From: Octopus bimaculoides
Taxonomy: Eukaryota
Direction: 5' to 3'
Assembly: GCF_001194135.2 (NCBI RefSeq)
Contig: NC_068984.1
Coordinates: forward strand, 128,166,842 to 128,230,841
DNA: 64,000 bases
The translations under genes and the position numbers were made by a program. Below, one piece after another: positions 54,552 to 63,597 of the stretch; positions within the stretch are counted from its first letter, which is position 1; each line of letters starts with the position of its first letter. The notes beneath the pieces were generated by a model. It saw nothing but the letters and a program-made list of their open reading frames with translations, was not told the origin of the DNA and made no database searches.

Positions 54552-55388
54552 TTAATTCTTTAGTTTTAGTTTACTCTCTAAAGCCTTTTTCTTCAATCGC
54601 ATGAGATCCATTTTCATTTGATGCCGCTCTTCTTCCATTGCCATTCTTTGTTGATGTTCTTGTTGGTGCAGTTCGAAAATCTGTCTTTCAAATGGACTCA
54701 GTACAATATTGAGTTGTTCGTAAGATTGGCACACACTTCCAGATTGTTTTCCTAAAGCATGGTTATAGATGCTGACACTGTTGTCGGTAATTCTTGACGA
54801 AATCATAGAAGCAGCCACTTGAACAGCTGATCTGATGTTTGGTAGGCATGGCTGAGTACTCATATGCATGTTATGACATTTGTCATCCAAGTGTCTGGCA
54901 GCGGAACAGTGGTGTCTGCAAACTACATTAGTTGCTGCCATATCTCCTGATCCTGCTGTCATATGGCGCATCCGGTGACACTTCAACATTTTCATTGAAC
55001 AGTTGTTAGGAGAAAGCTGACCGCAAGATCAAACTATGTGCATAGCACCTGTCATGTCTTTAGACTGATTAGCTGATGTGAAGCCGTCAGCTTGGCACTC
55101 AAATGGAAAATTCTTGGGTGTAGATTGTGATGGTAAAGAGGAGAGGTGATGTAAATTGTTAGTAGAAGCAGACAATAGAGAAGATGGAGAGGAAGAAGTA
55201 GTAGAAGAAAGAGGTACAGTGGCAGGAGAAGAAAGACCTGAGGTAGTAGTGGTAGTAATAGTAGTAGTGGTAGTAGCACCAGTGGTATGAGAGGAAAGAC
55301 TAGTAGTGCTATCAACAGCAGCATGAGAATGATGTGAAGAGCAGGGTTGAGAAACATTCTGAAGCTGTCTATGAGGGGAATGAGCAGC
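54552..55388 (-). CDS. 3' part of the large candidate terminal exon: S/T-rich low-complexity region, in-frame TGA at 55029-55031, then a C/H-rich segment and a coiled-coil C-terminus
   Basis: One frame runs 119 codons, TGA, then 158 codons ending FERQIFELHQQEHQQRMAMEEERHQMKMDLMRLKKKALESKLKLKN*. ATTAAA lies 68 nt after the final stop (54479-54484), followed by (GT)n. Confidence 0.55.
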
Positions 55389-55690
55389 NNNNNNNNNNNN
55401 NNNNNNNNNNNNNNNNNNNNNNNNNNNNNNNNNNNNNNNNNNNNNNNNNNNNNNNNNNNNNNNNNNNNNNNNNNNNNNNNNNNNNNNNNNNNNNNNNNNN
55501 NNNNNNNNNNNNNNNNNNNNNNNNNNNNNNNNNNNNNNNNNNNNNNNNNNNNNNNNNNNNNNNNNNNNNNNNNNNNNNNNNNNNNNNNNNNNNNNNNNNN
55601 NNNNNNNNNNNNNNNNNNNNNNNNNNNNNNNNNNNNNNNNNNNNNNNNNNNNNNNNNNNNNNNNNNNNNNNNNNNNNNNNNNNNNNNNNN

Positions 55691-56407
55691 CCCACAACTT
55701 TTCCTTCTGTAATTAACAGGACTTTGAAGCTGATTCATTATGGCAGAGTTCTTAGGACTGGGTAGGATTTTCTGACCCTGATTGTTTGGAAAATGTATAG
55801 ATTTAGAATTCAGTTTTGTCGAGTCATGTTTCTTATGTACTTGACATTTGCTATTCGTTGATGTTTTAATTTTTCTTGAGTCAGTAAGTTCAGTTCTTTT
55901 CTTACTGTAATTAGAAATAACTGAACTTTGATTGACTTTAAGTTTAGACGAAATCTGAGGCATCACAGAATTCTTCATTTTCTTTAAACTGTTGTTTCTT
56001 GAATTGGCAAATTTATTATTTACTCTTTTAGGGTTATTTGAACTATCAGTTTGAACATTTTGGAGTTGGGTAGGATTTGCATGAAGATCATGAATGATTC
56101 TTTTTGACCATTTATGTTGAGACTTCTTAGAAACAGTTTTGTTTTTCTGACCCCTAGACGAAATCTGAGGCATCAAAGAATTCTTCATTTTCTTTAAACT
56201 GTTGTTTTTTGAATTGGCAAATTTATTATTTACTCTTTTAGGGTTATTCGAACTATCAGTTTGAACATTTTCGAGTTGGGTAGGATTTGCATGAAGATCA
56301 TGAATGATTCTCTTTGACCATTTATGTTGAGACTTCTTAGAAACAGTTTTGATTTTCTGACCCTTAAGCAATGCCTTGTGCTTTACAGGCCTCAAAATTT
56401 CCTGAAA
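55691..56407 (-). CDS. 5' part of a large candidate exon in the HMGA intron (K/S/N-rich, 239 codons up to the N-gap)
   Basis: Very strong acceptor ttttctttttgtcttcgtttctctcttcatttcAG, with a tandem second AG 6 nt downstream in the same frame. Phase 0, compatible with the 63402 donor. Stop-free for 717 nt in AT-rich DNA and contains an in-frame 210-bp duplication. Confidence 0.65.
55945..56364. repeat. 210-bp in-frame tandem duplication (2 x 70 aa)
   Basis: Units 55945-56154 and 56155-56364 are nearly identical; the peptide GQK.KTVSKKSQHKW...MPQISS occurs twice. Confidence 0.95.
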
Positions 56408-56578
56408 CTGAAATGAAGAGAGAAACGAAGACAAAAAAGAAAAACAGATTTACCACAAATGGAAAAATAAGTGTAGCTTTTGGAGAACAAATTAAACAGA
56501 GCTGTCAATGAATTAGATTTATAGGAATGTGTGTGTATGTGTGTGTGTGTGTATTATACATACATACATATACACACA

Positions 56579-56795
56579 TGAGAAGGTGCTGAAAAGTTCT
56601 TGGCTTTAAGGGTATTATGAAAGGTCTGGTTGGAGGCCCAATCTTCTGTGTTCTTTTACAGGGCTTAGAAAAACTGAAGGACCACTGCAGTATGTGCGTG
56701 TATCTGAGAGGGGAATTTGTTGAATAAAATCATAATTAACTGATCCTCCAGTATTTTCTTTTACCCAAAGCCAGGGACTTTTCAGCACCCCTTCA
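56579..56795. mobile_element. Mariner-type MITE copy
   Basis: Same TIRs and internal sequence. Confidence 0.85.
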
Positions 56796-56805
56796 TATGT
56801 ATGTA

Positions 56806-57227
56806 TACTCTTTTACTCTTTTACTCTTTTACTTGTTTCAGTCTTTTGACTGTGGCCATGCTGGAGCACCGCCTTTTAGTCGAGCAAATCGACCCCAGGA
56901 CTTATTCTTTAGAAGCCTAGTACTTATTCTATCGGTCTCTTTTGCCGAACCGCTAAGTTACGGGGACATAAAATACACCAGCATCGGTTGTCAAGCGATG
57001 TTGGGGGGACAAGCACACACATACAAACATACACACACACATACATATATATATACATATATACGACGGGCTTCTTTCAGTTTCCGTCTACCAAATCCAC
57101 TCACAAGGCTTTGGTCGGCCCGAGGCTATAGTAGAAAACACTTGCCCAAGATGCCGCGCAGTGGGACTGAACCCGGGACCATGTGGTTGGTAAGCTAGCT
57201 ACTTACCACACAGCCACTCCTACGCCT
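56806..57227 (-). mobile_element. SINE family B copy
   Basis: Full-length reverse complement. Confidence 0.9.
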
Positions 57228-57280
57228 ATGTCGTATGGATATATATTTTATTTATTGGTCACAATACATGTATTAAAAAA

Positions 57281-57328
57281 CTACTAAAAGTTTCATATGT
57301 TGAGAGAACGCAAACATATTCTTCAGGC
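57281..57328 (-). ncRNA. Type I hammerhead ribozyme motif with intact catalytic core
   Basis: gc-CTGAAGA-ATATGTT tgcgttctctc AACATAT-GAAA-CT ttt AG-TA|gt. All core nucleotides are present with a GUA triplet; stem I is only about 2 bp. Confidence 0.65.
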
Positions 57329-57830
57329 GTACACCACATAGCATAACGAGCTAAAGAAATTGAATAACAGAAGAAACGCGAAAAAACTGAGAAGGAAGCA
57401 TGTAGAAAATGCAAACAGTAAACAACAGAAAACGAAAAATAGAAACTAAAATGTCAAAAATAAAAAGTAAAAGGTAAAAAAGATAAAAGAGCTATCCCCC
57501 TTAGATCTTCAATGATAACGCTGGAAAGATATCAAGTCAGTCAATGCATATGTATAAATAATATATTCTGAAGAATTGGAAAATTCTGCCTATTCCTGAC
57601 TGACTTGATATCTTTCCAGCCTTATCATTTAAGGTCTAAGGGGGATAGCTCTTTTACCTTTTTACCTTTTACTTTTGACATTTTAGTTTCTGTTTTTCGT
57701 TTTCTGTTGTTTCCTGTCTGCGTTTTCTATATGCTGCCTTCTCAGTTTTTTCGCTTTTCTTCTATTATTCAATTTTTTTAGTTTGTTATATGTGGTTTAC
57801 ACCTGAAGAATATGTTTGAATTCTCTCACG

Positions 57831-58275
57831 ACTGGCACCCATGCCAACGTCGTCCCCTTCATTGGACACGAAACTCTACTTGTGAAGACCTGTTGGGGCA
57901 AGCGAAAACGAAATCGTGATGGCACCTGTGCCCAGCCTTTCTGGCACTTGTGCCCATGGCATGTGTAAGGACTTTTGAGCGAGATTGTTGCCAGTGCCGC
58001 TGGACTGGCTCTTGTGCGGGTGGCACGTAAAATACACCATTTTGAGCGTGGCCATTGCTAGTACCGCCTGACTGGCCTTCGTGCCGGTGGCATGTAAAAG
58101 CACCCACTACACTCTCAGAGTGGTTGGCGTTAGGAAGGGCATCCAGCTGTAGAAACTCTGCCAAATCAGATTGGAGCCTGGTGTAGCCATCTGGTTTCAC
58201 CAGTCCTCAGTCAAATCGTCCAACCCATGCTAGCATGGAAAGCAGACGTTAAACGATGATGATGATGATGATGAT
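57831..58275 (+). mobile_element. 5'-truncated RTE 3' end with (GAT)n tail, inserted into a hammerhead motif
   Basis: Same family as 14167-15002; ends ...gacgttaaacgatgatgat. Confidence 0.85.
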
Positions 58276-58425
58276 GAAACTTTTAGTAGTGCTTTAATAC
58301 ATGTATTGTGACCTATAAATAATAGCTATCTCTCACCAGATGGAGTACTTTTTTTTGTTGAATTTTCTATCACGGATCAGTAGATTGTATGTGTGTGTGT
58401 GTGTGTACAAACACACACATACACA

Positions 58426-58503
58426 CAGGGTGGCCCAAAATTGAAGTAACCATTTAATATATTTGTATGTAGTAAATGGTTGAGCAAATTTTTGGTCACC
58501 CTG
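58426..58503. mobile_element. 78-bp hairpin mini-MITE (Tc1-like TIRs)
   Basis: cagggtggcccaaaa...ttttggtcaccctg, with an inner aaccattta/taaatggtt pairing. Confidence 0.6.
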
Positions 58504-58855
58504 CATGTATGCGTGTGTGTGTGTGTGCTGTAATCATTACATAGATCTCAGAGTGGTGTATTTACAGTAGTTAAGTTAGTATTAACATATTTAATGCAGG
58601 ATTATTGAATATATTATGTGGTGAGAAGACAATATTAGGTCAATGACAAATAATGATCTAGTTATCAACAGTTAATAAATAAATTCCAGTAACTGATATC
58701 AGTATTAATGGATTTATCAGTCATCATAGTTGTACTGATGTTTTATTAATTCTTCTGATGCCAACCCACCCATGACTGCACCTAGTTCTACAATAACCTC
58801 TTGTTTAAAAATTATCTAAATCAAAGCTTTCCATAAAAATTTCACATTAAATTGT

Positions 58856-59330
58856 TACTCTTTTACTCTTTCACTTGTTTCAGTCATCCGACTGCGGCCA
58901 TGCTNNNNNNNNNNNNNNNNNNNNNNNNNNNNNNNNNNNNNNNNNNNNNNNNNNNNNNNNNNNNNNNNNNNNNNNNNNNNNNNNNNNNNNNNNNNNNNNN
59001 NNNNNNNNNNNNNNNNNNNNNNNNNNNNNNNNNNNNNNNNNNNNNNNNNNNNNNNNNNNNNNNNNNNNNNNNNNNNNNNNNNNNNNNNNNNNNNNNNNNN
59101 NNNNNNNNNNNNNNNNNNNNNNNNNNNNNNNNNNNNNNNNNNNNNNNNAACATACACACATATATACGACAGGCTTCTTTCAGTTTCCGTCTACCAAATC
59201 CACTCACAAGGCTTTGGTCGGCCCGAGGCTATAGTAGAAGACACATGCCCAAGGTGCCACGCAGTGGGACAGAACCCGGAACCATGTAGTTCGTAAGCAA
59301 GCTACTTATCACACAGCCACTCCTATGCCT
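58856..59330 (-). mobile_element. SINE family B copy spanning an N-gap
   Basis: Both ends are visible. Confidence 0.8.
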
Positions 59331-59361
59331 TATTAACACTAGCTTAATAATTTTTTCTACT

Positions 59362-59810
59362 GTAGGCACAAGGCCTGAAATTTTAGGGGGAAAATGCTAG
59401 TTGATTATATCCACCACTGAGCTCAACTGGTACTTATCTTATTGACTCTGGAAGGATAAAAAGCAGAATCAACTTTGGCAGAATTTAAACTCAAAGGTAA
59501 AACCAGAAAAAATATTGCTAAGCATTTTTCCTGATGTACTAAGATTCTACCATCTTTCCACCTTCACACCAGCTTAATAATGGTTTCAAATTTAAGCACA
59601 TGGCCAGTAATTTCAGGTGAGGGGATAAGTGAGTAACAATGGCCCCAGTAATAAATTGGTACTCATTTTATCGAGCCTGAAAGGTCAAAGGTAAAGTCAA
59701 CCCTGGCGGAATTTGAACTCAGAACAGAAAGACAGACAAAATGCCACTAAACATTTTGCCTGGTGTGCCAACAATTCTGCCAACTCACTGCCCAACACCA
59801 GCTTAATAAC
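59362..59810 (-). mobile_element. Two adjacent SINE family C copies
   Basis: About 59362-59575 and 59581-59810. Other copies at about 33640-33818 (-), 34073-34285 (+), 44835-45052 (+), 48812-49010 (-) and 60525-60732 (+). Confidence 0.75.
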
Positions 59811-60203
59811 TCTTTTACTTGTTTCAGTCATTTCACTGCGGCCATGCTGGAGCACCGCCTTTAGTCGAGCAAATCGACCCCAGGACTTATTCTTTGTAAG
59901 CCTAGTACTTATTCTATTGGTCTCTTTTTGCCGAACTGCTAAGTTACGGGGACGTAAACACACCAGCATCAGTTGTCAAGCGATGGTGGGGGGGGGGGAC
60001 AAACACAGACACAAACATACACACACACATACATACATATATATGACAGGCTTCTTTGAGTTTCCGCCTACCAAATCCACTCACAAGGCTTTGGCCGGCC
60101 CGAGGCTATAGTGGAAGACACTTGCCCAAGGTGCCACGCAGTGGGACTGAACCCGGAACCATGTGGTTCGTAAGCAAGCTACTTACCACACAGCCACTCC
60201 TAC
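59809..60203 (-). mobile_element. SINE family B copy
   Basis: Full-length reverse complement. Further partial copies at about 4590-4765, 30335-30622, 32875-33112, 43800-44120, 49705-49905 and 62150-62285. Confidence 0.9.
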
Positions 60204-63200
60204 TAAGACAGTTATTTTACTAAATAATTCATTATTTTCAAAATTCATTGAAAATAAGGCATGAGAAAAAAGGTAACAAAAGGGTTAAATATATGGGTCA
60301 AATCAACTGTGTAGCTACCATTTACAACACAAATAATTAATGACTTTCACAGGAGTCAAATATATTTCAGTACAGACCCTGGACTACTTTAAAATCTGTA
60401 TTGTTAACAATAGCCATTTCAAAATCTGTAGTGGTTAGCTCACAATAGCCACTTTAAAGTCTGTATCCACTATTTAACAATTTATAAAGTATTTGCTAAC
60501 AATATTTCAAAATTTGAAAGTGGTAAACTGGCATAATTGTTAGCAAGCCAAGCAAAATGCTTAGCAGTATTTTATTTATTGTTACACTCTGAGTTCAAAT
60601 GCTGCTGAGGTCGACTTTGTCTTTCATCACTTCAGGGGTTGTTAAAATAAGTACCAGTTGAGTACCGGGGTTGATGTAATCAACTTATCCCCACCCCAAA
60701 ACTGCTGGCCTTGTGCCAAAATTTGAAACCGGTATTTCAAAAGTTGATAAGAATTTAGAAAAGAATCAGTATGTGTTGCTAGTTAAGCTGCTTCAATTCA
60801 GAATTTATAGTATTTCATTAAAAAGTTTATAAATAAACGATTTTTTTTCTTATATTGAAAATTTTATTATACATAATCAATAGACTGAATAATCAATTTC
60901 AGTGATTAAATTTTTTAAATATGTAAACTAATTTATATCTTATGACTAGCATATTTGTCATATGTGTATGTGTGTGTGCTTGAGAGAGAGAGAGAGAGAG
61001 AGAGAGTGAATGCATGTCTGTACCACTGTCATGATAACAGACAAGGACAGTTTCCACCCAAACATCCATACACCAAATTTTTCAGACATCCTATTGAAAT
61101 AACTCTTATCATACCCTCGATGATGTCCTTTTTTTTTTCTTTCTGGTATCAGCCATTGATACTACAGCCCTCTTGGAGCATCACTTTCAAGAGTGTTTTT
61201 TATTATTTCTTTTAAATAAAAAGTAACTCAGTGTTTTGTTTTGTGTTTTTTTTTTTGGTATGAAGAAAGATAACTCAGGTAGGTATGACTTCTACAAGGT
61301 GTTTTTATTTGATACATTGTTTTTAATTCATTCCATACTGATACACACACACACATACTGGGCTTCTGCAGTTTCTATCTACAAAATTTTATTCACAGAA
61401 CATTGGCCAACTTCAGGCAATGTATAACAGAAGACACTTTGCAATTTTCTGTGCAATGGTATCAAACCTGGAACCATATGGTTCCAGGTTGCCTGCTAAT
61501 AATTGTAAAAGACAAATAAAAGTAACACACCAGAAACGCATTTCATAAACATCAAATGCAACACAAAGAATATGCCCACATCCACAGCCTCTCATGATCC
61601 CTATATCCACCATCTCTATGTTCCCATGCTGGTGTGTGCTGAATGAGTCTTCAATATATTTTTCATATGTGAAGCCCCATTCTTATCAGATCTACGTTCT
61701 TTTACACAAGCTGTTCTTGTTGTACTCTAACCATTTGCACCATCTTTCAATAATTATTTACCCAGCATGCATTATTCATTAGCATATATTACATGCAATA
61801 AGGTCAATGTTTTGAAGAAAGGTATCAGACTGCAAAGCCTTCATCTTAGTTATCACACTTTCATAGTGTTGCCTTTGTGATAGATGCAGTCCATCATCAT
61901 CATCATCATCATCAACAATTAATGTCTCACTTTCCCATGTTTGCATGAATGAGATGGAATTTGTTGAAGCAGATTTTTCTATGGCCAGATCCCCTTCCTA
62001 GTGCCAACTATAGAGCCTTGTTTCCAAGCAAGGTTAATATTTTCTCATAGCTACACATTTCATAGAAGACTGGAAACAAATAACCTCACTTATATAACAA
62101 TGAGGCTCATTTACAACCATCACGATATCTAGAAAGGGTACATACACACGCACACATGGTGGGCTTCTTTCAGTTTCCATCTACCTAATCCACTCACAAT
62201 GCTTTGGTTGATCCAAGGCTTTAGAAGACAATTGCCCAAGGTGCATGCAGTGGGACTGAACCCAAAACCACATGGTTGGCAAGCAATCTAAATGTATAGT
62301 TAAAAGTACCCAAATGTAGAATAGAATGAGATTGACAATGATTATAATAATGATGATTTCTTTTTTTAGTTGTTGATGATGATGATGATGATTAGTAATC
62401 ATAACATATATTGAGCACATAACTTGTATTTAATATTTTACCCTTAGTCAATAACTATTTATATTTCAGTCTCTTAAATGATTCTACCAACAGCACCACT
62501 ACCACCATCATAATCAAACACATCTTTCAACACAACTTCAGTCAAACATTTCATTAGGTACGGCTTTAATCAAATACATATTGAACACCAACCTTTAAAA
62601 GAAGACTGTCAAACACATACATCAAACACACATAAACACTTTTAAACACAATTAGGACTATTAACCAGTTTAAAATTATAAGGGTAAAGAGAAACTCAAT
62701 ACACTGTATTCCTAGCAATACAAATCCTTATTGTCTTTTATAGAAGGAACAGCATCCATACTGGCTCATCTCATTTCTCTACATTACATTTTCATCAACC
62801 AAAACGGAGCCTCTTCTATGTGTTCACTCAACAGACTAGAAATAACAGCTGAATCTCCCTAAAAAAATGCCCTATTTGTTTTAGGAAAGGAAAGATTCAT
62901 TGGATATAATGTGGTTCTAGATTCACTGTCTGATCAAAAGACAAGAGATCATGGCTGGAATATCTTTGGTCAGGACTTAAACAACGACTTCCATTGATAT
63001 TCTAGCTATTTTAAAATTATTGCTGGCTTCTTCAACAATATTTACAAGGCACAAATCAAACATTGCAAACATTGTGACATCATTCAATAAAATAAATATA
63101 AATAAGATTGAAACCAAAATAGGAAACAACATCATCAATGTGATTATGGATATAATCATTACAGTGTAATCTGACTCCATTAGGTCTCAAATATACAAAA

Positions 63201-63281
63201 AATCAAAAGCAATGGAACTGACTTGTTTTTCAAAGAGATCCTATCAAATACAAAGCAAACACCAATTAATCATGCAGATAA

Positions 63282-63365
63282 ACACACAAAATTTCAATTA
63301 GAACACACAAAATTTCAAATAGGACACACAAAATTTCAGATATGGTATGACACACAACATTTCAG
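63282..63365. repeat. Four copies of acacacaa(a/c)atttca (21/21/26-bp spacing) just inside the AT-hook exon donor
   Basis: Starts at 63282, 63303, 63324 and 63350. Confidence 0.9.
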
Positions 63366-63401
63366 ACATGACATGCGACATTTTAAAGAATTTGCACCAA
63401 C

Positions 63402-63470
63402 CTTAGAAGGTTTTTTGTTTTTACTTCCTTTTGGTCGACCCCGTGCTCTCTTCGGTTTTGGTTCTTCAGA
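63402..63470 (-). CDS. HMGA: AT-hook exon of an HMGA-like (HMGI-C/HMG-I/Y) gene
   Basis: Minus-strand acceptor ttctttatgatatttccAG and donor AAG|GTtggt; 69 nt, phase 0/0. Encodes [23 protein letters not shown], closely matching the second AT-hook of vertebrate HMGA2 ([21 protein letters not shown]). Confidence 0.85.
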
Positions 63471-63597
63471 CTGGAAATATCATAAAGAATCCATGTTATA
63501 GAATACAGCATCAACAAAAGTCAGGGAGTCTTTTATTTTTATGAAACAAGTCAGATCTGGTTCAATCTTAAAACAAGAAACAGAGCTATTCTCTAGA

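Larger units (their letters stand above)
57248..58322. mobile_element. Inverted Penelope-like terminal repeat with hammerhead motifs; right arm interrupted by an RTE 3' end
   Basis: Left arm 57248-57542, 55-nt loop, right arm 57598-57830 plus 58276-58322. Confidence 0.8.
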
